In this document: positions 26,414 through 50,100 of the stretch, piece by piece
Position numbering within the stretch: position 1 is the first letter of the stretch
Layout: every line of letters begins with the position of its first letter
Assembly (NCBI GenBank): GCA_012295275.1
Contig: CM022674.1
Location: 9,920,001-9,984,000 of the forward strand
Source of the DNA: Chrysomallon squamiferum
Taxonomy: Eukaryota; Animalia; Mollusca
DNA length: 64,000 bases
Reading direction: 5' to 3'
The notes under the pieces: model-generated
What the model saw: only the letters and a program-made list of their open reading frames with translations
What the model was told of the DNA's origin: nothing
The model's database searches: none
Position numbers and translations under genes: made by a program

Positions 26414-29400
26414 ACACACACAAGTATTTATGCAGATGTGTGTGTAGTACGCCGTTTCATTTTGAAAAATTTAAGAAAATTAATAAAACATATCTAGCTG
26501 TTTTGACAAATAGCTTTAATGTTATTTATGCCTATTGATTTATATTGCTTAAGTTAAAAAAAAAAAAAAAAAAAAAAAATGTGTTTTTTTTTTTTTTTAT
26601 TATTATTATTAGTAGTAGTAGTATTTTATTTGAAATGGTTGAGGTAAACATAAAATACGTGAACTTCAAAGCAGTAAAACTGGATAATGTAAACCAAAAG
26701 GTGAATATGGTTAACAAAACATTACACGTGAATTTGTACTAACTACTATTTTGTGTAATGTTTTATAAACGTATAATGAATTCTAACGACACACACACAC
26801 ACACACTCTCACACACGCACACACACAAACACAGACTCAGACGCGCGCACACACACTCACACACACACACACACAAACACAGACCCAGACGCGCGCACAC
26901 ACATACAAATAATTTTGTCTTTCTTATATTTGTCTAGTAGTAGTGTTGTTGTTTGTGTTTTTGTTTGTTCTTGATTTTGTTGTTTGTTATTGTCGTTTTT
27001 AATTAGAGCAGTCATTTCATGTAATTATATCAGAGTAAATAATATTTGCTCTTTGTCCAGTTTACCATTTACAGTAATGCTATAGTTTCGATTTTTAATA
27101 TCAGTAATAGTATCTATCGGTTAATCTGTAAGTAAACATACTGATCGAAAAAAGAAATGAAATAGTAATTTGTAGGAATCTGTGTATAATGTGGCTGTGC
27201 AGTGGAATTCGCTCGTTGTTTCGGCTTTCTCTCGTATATAAATGATGTAACAGTTTTCAGTCTCATGTTTCTAATCTGCCAGTATTATTTGATATTTTAT
27301 TAATAATTCTGGTAACTGGCATTAAACGACCCAGAATGTAAATTATGTGTGCTGATTTTCCGAGTTGGCAATGAAGGTGCGTTGCGAAAACAGCCTGAAA
27401 GTGCCTAATACAGTAATGAGATAGCGCAGATATGAAAATAGGTGTTCAGAGTTTTATAAAAACGTGAGTAACATAAAGATTTACGATTGATTTGAGTATA
27501 AATTTGATGAAGTTAACATTTAGATTTCAAGTTGAATGATTTTTATAGAGTTTATGACAGGTGTTCAGGCTGTTTTGTAGAGAGCATCGCAAAACACGTT
27601 TTTATCTCGGAAACGATGGGTTGAGAATATGAAATTATAAAGCACGAAAATCGGATTAGATTCGAGTGTAAAACAGACTACAGTGATAATAAATTTGGTG
27701 AATAGTACTTATATGTACATTTAATCGCCTCTTTTTCGTTCTGCAAGTTTATGCTTTTGATTCAGCAAGGCACAAGCAGTGGGAGAGACGTAGACTCCTA
27801 AACGATTAGTTATCGGATCAGTGTATGTAGATAATAAGAATAATCAAACCTCAGATTAATGGTGAATCAGTCTTATCTCATTAAATTAATTAAAATATCT
27901 TTTTAATTTTTTTTTTTAAATATGATGATGATGATACTACTCAACTCAAAATAATGATGAATCAATTTTATTTTACTTTTCATTGGGTTAACATGTACCA
28001 AAACAGATTCATAACCATAAAATAGCTGTAAACAAAACACACTTGTCAACATCAACAATCAACTAACACAGTTTGACAATAGTGTCTTTATCATCACATG
28101 GCTACGATTCCAAGTACATGACAATCTGTACCATACATTAATTAACAGATCTTTTTTATTGTCAGGTTTTGAATAAGAGAAAGAATTACTTCACAAAAAT
28201 ATCTAAACAGAAATCACTGAATATATTTTCGTGATAATATTTACTATATTCCATTTGGAACACCAAAATAATATTAAATTAAACTAAGTATATAAAAATA
28301 CACATTGTTTATTCAGAATATGGACACTCATTTGTCTTAAATAACAACTAGTGATTTTTCATTTCAGATTATTAATTTCATAGCCAAAATGTTTCATTAT
28401 TTATATAGATAGATAGATAGAAAGATACAGAAATGCTTATAAATTTGAGCAGATTCAAGAAAAGATTAAACTAGTGTTATAATGTGCATTTTATCAGTAA
28501 ACAGTTATAAATTATGAAAACATTAATGGCCAAGTAAATAATTTAAAAAATATATATATATAAATCACAGTAAATTTAATTTATATTTAAAAGAGAAATC
28601 ATTTTAAGTTTATTATATATATAAAATATGGGGAGAGTTTTAAAAAAAAAGAGATGTATACGGGCAATTTAGAGAAACCATCTGAAAGAAGAATTTACTG
28701 TGGTGACTCCACAGTGTATTTTTTTATTAGTGATGTAAACAGTGTTAATGAAGATTAATATGATCTATCATATATTACCAAGTTCTTGTCATCACACCAG
28801 ACACATAACACGTCTGCTACAAACAATGGAAAGATATTTTCTCACAGAAATATTTATGAAACAAAATACAGAATATGTTATTCACTCCCTCATGAGAAAG
28901 TTCCTGTAGAAATAATCTTTTTCGTCAGACCACTGACATGTTTTCAGCTAACAGTAGTAATTAAAAATCATTAACATTTATGTAATTTTATATATGTACA
29001 TACAGACAGTGCCCTTCATACATATGACACAACCTGACAATTTACATCTTACTCAGAATTTCTTTGTTTATGTAATTTTTACCCAACATTTTCTGTTTTG
29101 CTTGCACACCATCCCAGCTCTGCCAGACAGAATAAAGTGGTAAAAACCACATGTAGGGAACTACCTCTTGCTGGGTCAACATTTGATGATTTTTAAACAG
29201 TTTTATCACTGATAACAGTCATTTGATTTTTAATCTATTTTAAATACTTCCACTCGGTAATCTTATAATATTTAAAAACAAAACAAAATCTAACAAAAAA
29301 CCCATTAACTATGGACCCATTCGACTGCATTACCAAACTTGTGGAAACCTGAAGACAATTCAATCAGATAACAAGATCAGTAGATATTCAATAGTTTCTT

Positions 29401-30002
29401 GGTGACATGGTTTCTTTGGTCTTCTACATAAAAAATATGTAACAGCTTATATAGCTGTGAAATATTAATACAATGCCAAATTTTACACAATTTCAATTAA
29501 CCAATTTTTTCAAGTTAACATCATTTATGAATTATAACTTATTTTTATTTATAATTCACATATTTTCTATTTTCTATTTTTATTTTTATTTCTTTTTTAT
29601 TTCTGCTATTTTTTCTTTATTTTTTTTCTTCCTTTTAATGTTATTATACTATTTTAGATATAATTTTATATCTGATTAATATGATATTAAATGTGTAAAG
29701 CTGGAGATTGTTGTAACAATCACTCTTAAATGAATGCTAATTCCTCATATTTCTACAATCATATTTCGCAATTTTATCATCAATAACACTGTGTTTCTCT
29801 AAGTTCTGAAAACAAAACATTCTCTAATTATAAAAGCTTTACCTAAAAAAAAATAAAAATAAAACAGAAATGCATCTTCCAAAACAGACTGGTTGCCTAT
29901 AGTTTTTCATTCTTATCTTTTAAAATCTTTTATCTTTTTTTTTTCTTTTTTGTATATCAAAATTCATGTGATTTAAAAATATGAATAAGTCATGTACTGG
30001 TT

Positions 30003-40160
<10,158 letters not shown>

Positions 40161-41064
40161 TTTGAGATTTCTCTCTATGCACTTGCTATTATGGCATTAT
40201 TTGGTCCTACAAAATATTTATAAAAAAATGAGTTTAACAATATAATAGTCATATATATATATGTGTGTGTGTGTGTATCTTTGTAAATAAAAATAACTGA
40301 AGATTATTATTCACATACAACTTTAATTTCTGAAATGATCTATAAATAAATAGGAAGATGGTTAATAAATAAGTAAATATACTGTTTGTTTCTTCCTTTT
40401 TTTTCTTCTTCTTTTTTCAAACTTGTATTTTTATATCTGACATAGAATAATAATTATTAAAGCATTAACTGAAAGAGCATTTCTTTTTATTATTATTATT
40501 AATCAAACAAATTAATTACAAAATGTGTGAAAGTAACACTACACTGATCACATCCTGAACACATAGAATCTGTTACAAATTATGACAACTTCCTGGTAGA
40601 AAGCCAGTAATGGATGTCCACTATAATAAAACCACTACCATTTTCAAATGACAAATAAATAACAGATCCAAAATAATGAATATAACAAATAATGTTTGTT
40701 TGTTGTTTATTTTTTTAATTTATATGTTAAATGAATTTCTGAATTATAACTAGAAAACGAGAGAAAAAAACAACAACACCAAAATAATATAATTATATAT
40801 AATTATAAAATAATAACCTGTTAAAACTAGTTATTCGTGATCTATAAATTTAGTAAAAAGGTTACTCTAAATCAAAGTATTTTCTTAACCGATAACAAAA
40901 ACTAAATAAGCAAATCAAATGTACGAACTATCACGCAGAAATCGGCAACTTTCAACAACATTTTACTATGTATACTATAATACTGTATACATTATTAACT
41001 CATAACTGCGATAATTTTTATTAAATATAATATTCTTTTAATAGTAACGGTATAAAATACATAC

Positions 41065-41330
41065 CATCAGTTAACAAAAAATACTGTCTGTTTTTTTACA
41101 CCTCTGATATAATTACATTATGATTTGTTTTTGAAATATAATCAACTACTTTCTACAAACTTTAAGATATTCCTGAAATAAATAAATAAATAAATAAAAA
41201 TAAAAAGAACTGAAATAAAGCTAGCGAATAATTCCATCCGCAATAACATCAACGATCTGTAACTCCAGCGAAAAGTTGGTTTATCGTTCGTCGTATCTTT
41301 CAAATAACGACTTCCCTGTCTGAAAGTACA
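41065..41330 (-). other. Probable non-coding first exon / promoter region of PIK3CA
   Basis: Minus-strand donor CTGATG|GTATGT at 41064 can pair with the acceptor TTTTGTAG at 40207, 46 nt upstream of the ATG. CpG is locally elevated at 41220-41320. The 5' limit is a guess. Confidence 0.4.
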
Positions 41331-41789
41331 TATCAAATAGAATGCTCATTTTGTTGCTTCTTTTTAGAAAATATAACACACATATATTAAAATTATTTAA
41401 AAGAAAAAAGTAGACACCAGACATATCTTAATATTTCTATTTTTGTTATTACTTTTTTATTTTTGTTTTTATTAAAGTTCTTCAAAATGTTTAATAAATA
41501 ACACATTCTATTTTTATTATTTTGTTGTTGCAGATTGTTTGTTTGTTGTTGTTGTTTCTTTATATACAACAATTTTGTACACTGAAGCTGCTTCTGGATG
41601 AAAGTGTTTGTTTTTAATGACACTTCAGAAAACCTGTTGCTAGTTAAAGATGGAGTGAGAATTTACCTTATTTTAAGAATGAATAGCATTATTACGAAAT
41701 CACGTTTACATATGTGTTTATCTGATATGAAGTTATTGTAATATCGTAGAATATTTATTTTTCTAATATTTTATTCTTTCTTCTTCTTA

Positions 41790-42033
<244 letters not shown>

Positions 42034-42611
42034 AAATAAACAGACTGATGAAGATCTCATAATGAAGAGCATGAAAGAACAGGGTATTAACTAACTTACT
42101 TGATTTTCTATCTGTGTCAGAAATGTGTTGGAGGCTTTCAGTAATGAATGCTTTGTTTCAGAATTTAATTCCACTATCTGTTGCATTTGTATGAAAAAAA
42201 TATACTAATCTATATGGCGAGAGTTGAGCTAGTGACACAAATAGGATTATTCTCATTGTAAAAATAATTACAGTTATCATGGTTTTTGTTTTCTCTAAGT
42301 TAAGGATGACATCCACAATACAGAACCCACTCGTTTTTATATATTTTTATTTTTATTTTCATTAATCTCACTAATGAGTAGTTTTGGCCTAATGTATATA
42401 AAAATGGCAAATGCTTATCAAAAATAATTTTTAAAATACTGACAAATAGACCAAAACCATTATAGTGACCCTTTTAATAATAATAATAATATAGATATAG
42501 ATATAGATATACATATACATATACATATATGCATATTAATATTTAAAATTATTTTATCCAAACAAAATCACCAACATACCATGGCAGAATTTGTTTTATT
42601 CATAATTATAT

Positions 42612-42657
<46 letters not shown>

Positions 42658-44046
42658 AATTGTTTAATTTTTACATATTATTTGTCACATATAAATAAAT
42701 TTAAAAGATTAGCATATCCTGCAAAATGCTTTAATGAACGTACAACGTTGATGACAGTAATTTCAAGTGATTACTTAGAAGTTTTAAGCAAAAGATAGGT
42801 AAAATATTTTTAATAAATAAATTAAAATCGTCTTTTTTACGAACCATAATGTATAACCAAACTGGGTTATCCTCTTATTTTCTAATACTTTGTATTTGTT
42901 TTAATAATAATAATAATAATAATAATCTTCAGTAAATACTATCTCAAACTGATACTATCATTTAAAAAGAAAGTACAAGAGCATATAATGCACAGATTTG
43001 TTTTGGGTTGTCTGTCCATGATAACTTGTTCCATTAACCAACCGATAATTCTGTAACATAACAGCTAAATATCTGCTGGGGTGGGGGAAAAAAAACATTA
43101 AAAAAATATATAACTTCCGTGTCGGGCGACTTACTCTTGTATTTTTTTAAATTAAAAGCAACAACTATGAGAAATATCAGACTGTTGCTAGTTATTCACA
43201 CATGACATTTTTAATGTTACACCTGCCTTCAGAATTTTGTGTAGATTTGTCGGGCAGTTTTTATTATGTTATAATTTTTAATTGCCTTAAAAAAATTTAT
43301 CATCAAACAAGTAAAGTGTTATGTAATGAAGCGTGGTGTCACGCGAGTTCAGTGTAACTTGTTGGCCAAGGTAGCAGAGAATTGTTTTTTTCACCCACGT
43401 GTTTTTGTTTCAAATATGCAACAATAGCAAAAACCTCATATGTATGTACCACTGAGGCACTATAAATAAAATATGAAAGATCAAAAGTAGAATCCTTAAT
43501 CATTCCCTGCAACCAGCATCAATCTGCTCAATATTATATTTTCAAATGCAGTAGCAGACACACTGCTTTTTGAGAGGCAAATAATAATAATAATGCGTGT
43601 TTATTTCTGGAAATAAATGCATAGAGCTAGAAAGAGAAACTATTACAAAAATATCAAGCTAATTAAAGACAGCGCGACGTTTTCCTCTGCTGACTTAAAA
43701 AATAAACGCAGTGAGTATACATACCATACGATAAAATCAGAGTGAGTGATTACTGAACTTTAAATTAAAACAAAACAAAAAAAAAGACAAAAAAATATCA
43801 TACCTTGAAGTAACTGTTGGACAGAAATAATTTTAAATAAAATTCAGAGATTTTAAGCACTTATTAATTAATAACAAATATAAGGTTCATCGATGCAATA
43901 TCTATATTTATTGTATATATAAATGCAAATGACCAAAAAATATAATACTTCATGTAATGTGTTCTAATTTTTATACTTGAAACGAAATAAAATAAAAGAA
44001 ATAGAGTTTTGATTTACAAAATTTGACGATTTGTTATTCACTTCAG

Positions 44047-44151
44047 GAGACATCGACAATTCTGACCTACTTAAGGAAATGAGTCGCGGTGCGCATCACG
44101 AGAGGGCAGAAATAACGATCTTTTAAGGCTGTCAGAACTTTCAAGATTTTG
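44047..44151 (+). other. Candidate non-coding (5' UTR) exon of a divergent gene, containing a short ORF MSRGAHHERAEITIF*
   Basis: CTTCAG acceptor, TTG|GTAAGT consensus donor and CpG-rich content in otherwise CpG-poor DNA. Confidence 0.4.
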
Positions 44152-47100
44152 GTAAGTTATTCTTTTCTGAAACGGCTCTTATTTTCTATGACCTTTTTCA
44201 TTCAAATGTCTGAAAATGTATACCATGATTACATAGATTATTAATGTAATAATTTGTTACTTTTAATCGAATTTTTAACAGTGTTTTCTGTTATCGTATA
44301 CCACCTCATTTTCCAATAATGCATATTTGATTATATCCGTAAAACAGCAGACAGGAAGAAGATTGTGATTTACCGTTTTTAAACTGATATAAACACTCTA
44401 TTAACACTAACCATATGTTATTTAGTACATCTTTATTAATATTAATATACAATTAACAACAAGCGTACTGAAAAGTGATAATTTTTAACAATTACATCGC
44501 ACAAGTCGACTCATGACTGACATTTAAAAGAGATTATTATTAAAATAGATTATAAAGGACAATTTGTATGATATTTCTATTATATAAGATTATTACCACT
44601 CCGTATGGTTACACAGAAATGAACATTTTTACTGAACCTATATTAGTTAAATAAACATGTAATTTGTATTATTAACTAACTGTATGATTAATAAGGTTTT
44701 AAAACATTGTAATCCTGCAATTTAGTCAAGTCAGTGTTACTGTCAGTTACAGCATAATTTACACTGAATATCTGCCACAGTTTGAAAATATTAAACTTTA
44801 GTATTGGTCCAGTGTCTGTGGATTGTGAAATTAACCAGTGGCCTACATTTGTTATTTTTTACAAGGTAAGTAGTCTTTATTCGAAGTTGACAATTTATCT
44901 CATTCCAGCAATTTGTATATATGTATACATAAATTTATAAAATTCCTTGGCTGCTTATAATTAAGAGTAGGGAGCTGTAGTTTGGATTAACTTCTTGGGC
45001 CCAGTGCAATACCATCAGTATTAAACTGTAGCTTATGGTGACATTATTTTTTAATTGTGAATGCATGTCTCACATTAGCAAAAAATTCCTTATTTTACAT
45101 TAGTGTCATCCATTCCAAAATTTATATTAAATGAAAGGAAAATGACTACCTCCACCAGTATTAAAATACAAATACATCAACTTATGACTTATTTTTGGCA
45201 TTATGATGGACATCTGATAGTGGTGCCACAGCTAAAGCTAGGTTTATAATTCTGTGCCAACACTGGTCAGCAGATACTGACCAGTCTCTGTTTTCCTCAA
45301 GTTTGCCATTCACCAGACAAATATATTTTGGAAATGTCATGAGCCTCATTTTGCAACTGTAATTCATACTTTGCATGTTTTAACCCATTATTACTGATTG
45401 TTCTGTCAATACTGTTTTCTATAACTGGCATCATACAGGTTTTGATACTTAGAAAGTTTGTACATGCTAACAACATATCAGTTTCACTTACATCGCAACA
45501 TCATGCACCATACCCACCAGCTAACCAAGACAGCAATATCTTTGGTTAACTTCCAAGTACCAGTGATCAGAAAATATTTTTATTTATTTATTTTTTTATA
45601 TAGTTTTATTGTTTTATTATTATTATTATTACTTTTTTTTCCCCTTAATGTACCAAAATTAAATAGATTCCAGCGTAAATTGTCTTTGATTTAAACTAAT
45701 TAAAGGGTTTACTGAAGAGAAAAAAAATACACATATGTATGACTTAAGTTTGAGGTAAAATGAACACATAGAGCATTATACATACAATAACATAGACCAT
45801 ATAAATACACATATCTGACTTAACTCCAGATTAACTGATCATAAGTCAATGTCGATCTATATTATAATTCTAATATCAATTTTAGTTTTAAATATTAACA
45901 AAACAAAATAGTATTAGTTGTGGCACAGAAACTGGCTCCTTTGAAGGTAAAAAATTATATTGGTTGAAAGGTGTCATTCACTTGAAGGCAGAATGATACT
46001 GTGAACCATAATATGTAGGCCTTATAAAAAGTTAACTCTCATGGACCCACTGATGAATGATTTAATTTTCCTGACCTCACACTAACACTATCCACATTTA
46101 TTACTTGCTGTAGTTTCTTCATTCGAACATAAAATATATTTTTGATAATTTTTTTATGCAAACAAGGTACTAGATTCAGCTGTATTTCAATTTTAACTGG
46201 TGTTCAGTGTTATATAAAAAGATAATCACATGGAACCATAAAAGTTAATAATTATCACCAGTAGATTTATTAGTTCACTAAATTCTGTAGACCATTAAAT
46301 TGATAGTTTGCTGTAATTATTTATAAACAGTAACCATAGTTTCAAACATTAAAAATTATAATTTCACTGGAAGATCCTGAATTGTGGCTCCAAGAAGATT
46401 TAATTTGTAATATAACTGTCTTAACTAAAACTATTCATGATATAATTATTAAACCAGTGGACCATAAAGCTGGGCCTAGATAATCAGTGTCCGTATCTAT
46501 AACTTTGACAATACTGCTTTGTTATAATCTTGTGATACAAATTCATAAGAATACATTAATTTCAACAGAATGAACAAATAGCATAATTAGAGTGGTGTAT
46601 TTCCAAAGGAATTCTGTTTTGTTCTTATTTGTTGTTGATAATGAAGCAGTCATTCATAATAATGTTAACACCTTACTAATTGATGCCAGAAAAATGTACA
46701 CAAATCCTTTATAGACTGGGTATGCATATGCTTTGCAATGATTAACTTGGTTTATTTAGGACATTTGTTAATATTTGATTAATTAACAAATCAAGATGAA
46801 ATAAGCATTAACAAATAGGCAGTAATATCTCATTTTGAGAGAAATTTATAAGAAAATTATTGTACATATGTAACAAACAAACAAATTTTTTTTTTTATAT
46901 ATATATGTTTTTCAGTTTTAAAGTAGATAAAACTGAAAAAGAACAAACTTAAAATAATAATAATATATATCTAGAGTCAGGGCACTAACAATAATTACTC
47001 AGTTTTTCAACAAACAAGAATAAACTATCTCAGAAATTTATAAATTATTTAGCAATATTGTAGCACTTTTTGTTATTAATGCCAGTTGTAACTATATGAA

Positions 47101-50100
47101 TTTTGCATAAATTAGGATTTTTTTTGAGTGATTTTTTTTTTAATGGAATAAGAAAATTTGTGATTCCATTGTTAAAATATTTCAGCGAGCAGTTACCAAA
47201 GTGATTAGTTGGTTAGTAATTCTTGCATTTCCCAAATAGCACAGGATACTGTACATTATTATACAGACCTGGATTCAGCCTGAACTTCACTGAACACTGA
47301 TACTCATTAGTCATGAAACAATTTTTATATTCTTAATGTGATAGAAACTGGTTATGATTCATTTATACAGTTAAAAAAATATATATTATATGTATAATAA
47401 AAAATAAATAAAGTAGGAAAGGAAAATTTGTTTGCTATAGCAAATTAAAAACAGTGACTTATTTAATCATTCAGCAATTTTGACTCCTGGGTTTGCAGTA
47501 CAATAAATATATTTGTATTAGCCTAATGTTTTGAGTCTGTATGTATATGTTTTATGCATGCATGAATACAGTTCATAATAATCATTTTCTTCAGTTAAGC
47601 AGTGGGGTGTAATAAAAAAAAAAAAATTATTACACTAGTTTGAATAAATAATTGAAATAAAAGATCATTTTCAGAGCACTTTAGTTAATAATGAGGTTCT
47701 TTGAAACATTACTTCAAATAAGTTTTCAACTGCCTTTGCTGTATTGTTCTCCGTGATGCATTTTTTAGTTTAATTTTAATTTTTATTATTTTTTTAAACT
47801 ATAATACTGTATAATGTTCTAGTTTTAAGACTGATAACATAATTTAATATGCTGTTGTTACCTCACTTAAAATATCATTTTTGAGAAAAACAGATATCAA
47901 GCACATGTGTCACTGTTGGATTGAAGTCTGTGTTAACATTACTGAATATCTATCCAGCTTAGAGATTAGTTCGTCAAGGGGATCATCCTTATCTACAGAT
48001 TCAGCCTACATTACCTTGCAAAATTCACCTCTCATCTAAAACTGATTATTTGTCAACAAACATTTTAACTTCACCTTTACCATCAGCCACAAAGCACATA
48101 AAACTAAGTAAAGAAGGAAAGGTATGAAGTAAAATGTAAGGTTTTTCATCTTGTTACTTAGCAGCTCATTTAAAAAATAGTTTATCAGGAGTACCTTAAA
48201 AAACTTACCTGAAGTTTGTCTGCACTAAGAGTTTTTATTACTATTTCAGAATCAGCATCATCAAAAGTAAGTAAAAAATTAGTTAACATGATAGAAGTAA
48301 ACAAAGCTAAATCATTCAAAAGAGTATGTTGTATGTTGTAAAATTAAAAAAAATGGGATTCCTAAACACACAACTGATTAAAATTGGTTAACTAATTTGC
48401 AGAAATTGAAGTATAATTGAATTTTGAAACCAGATTAAATAAACAGTGAGTGATAAAGACACACTTGTTAGAGAATAATTATGAAGTGGTGTTTTTTTAT
48501 TATATTTTGTACCAGTTTGCTCAGAATTCACCAAAAGGATTTGAACCACAATCCAACAACTAGTGTTGTAACTAGTAGATATCAGTACTTATGACAAATG
48601 TAACTGTGATTTGTGTTCACATTTCCATCTGAGTGACTACTGAAACAATTAAAATATTTACAGATGTATTTTTTTTAAATCTGTTCATATTTACATATAA
48701 TTTTATTGTTATTATTTATTTTATTTTCAAATTATAATTTCATAGTTACTATAATTAAGGTTAATTCAAGCAAATTCTGATCTATAAAAGGAAAATTGTG
48801 TTACCAATTTGACTCTTATGATGCCTTGTTACTTTTGTTATAGAACACTGTACACCAATTAATTTTTTAATGCAGCTCATTCTTGTACCTCATCTTTTTA
48901 AAACAAATCACAAAAATACATTTTATATTTGTGAAGAAAATAAACCTGAATGAATTGTAACAAGTTATAAATGTGTTTGACACCAGGTGACTTAAATAGC
49001 TCCATGCTTGATTAATGCAGTACAGTTTCATTGTTTCTTGGTATCAGAAGATGTTTAGGAGGGGTTAGTTTTTGGGGGTTTGCATATGTGTGTTACTTTA
49101 ATCACTTGCTACTGTTTAGTGTGAGTATCCATTTCCTTTTTTTTCTTTCTTTTTCTTTAACAAATTATATGCTGGCACTTAAATAATATCATTATATAAA
49201 TATTATTGTTTTAATTTTTTTTTTATTATTCAAAAATATTGTATGAAGTATTTTTGTAAAGTAAAATATGATTTGTACATATACCTGTTTATACATACAG
49301 ACCAATCAAATTTGTATGCACATACACACACACACACACACATGTTTATAGCCCATAAAAAAATCCTATGCAATTATTGATTATACAAGACAATAGAAAT
49401 GTACTATAGTTTTAAAAGTTAAGAATTGATGCTTCAATCCCCAAAAGAACCTCATTTTCTGATGCTGGAAGCAGCTCTGTGGAGAGGAGATGGAATTGGC
49501 TGAATATAGATCTGTATCTTGTCACTGCATGCTTCACTGATCAAGCCTCCAGCAGAACTGATTTCACTCTCACTGCTTTGTTCAACCGGAAACAAGTTCA
49601 TGCTTGAGTGACCCAAAGGATGTCTGGTCTAAAAGTGTTTCCAGGAACACCAGTGATGAGGAAAATGTAACCAGCAGGCCTGTCAGTTGAATTTTGTTGT
49701 TGGCAGCAATTTTACATTCCTTGAGAAAGAAGTTAAAAAAAATATATAATGGAAAACAAGCTGGCAGAAAAATTAATACTTTTTTTTAAAACTTTTATTT
49801 TGATTATTAATAACCTATTCTGCAGAAGTAGGTTTATGTTAATGAATTCTGTAGGACCCCTCCTAAAAAAAAAAAAACCTGCATGTACAGAGAAAGGAAG
49901 AGAGATTTTAATTGTAGATGTAAAATAAATAAAAATTATAAAAATGATATACAGTGGGGATATTTAAAATTTCATTGTACCAGTTCTGACAATAATATAT
50001 TTGTGACAATGAATATGTTGAATGGTGAATTTTTGTTCATATGGAAAGACATATAATAAATCATTCTAAGTTATTTGGATATGAATATTTGATACATGTG

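Noticed and set aside
49440-49720. GC-richer patch with a 10-bp imperfect stem (TGCTGGAAGC / GCCTCCAGCA)
   Set aside because: No sustained ORF, splice pair or convincing pre-miRNA pairing could be established by eye.
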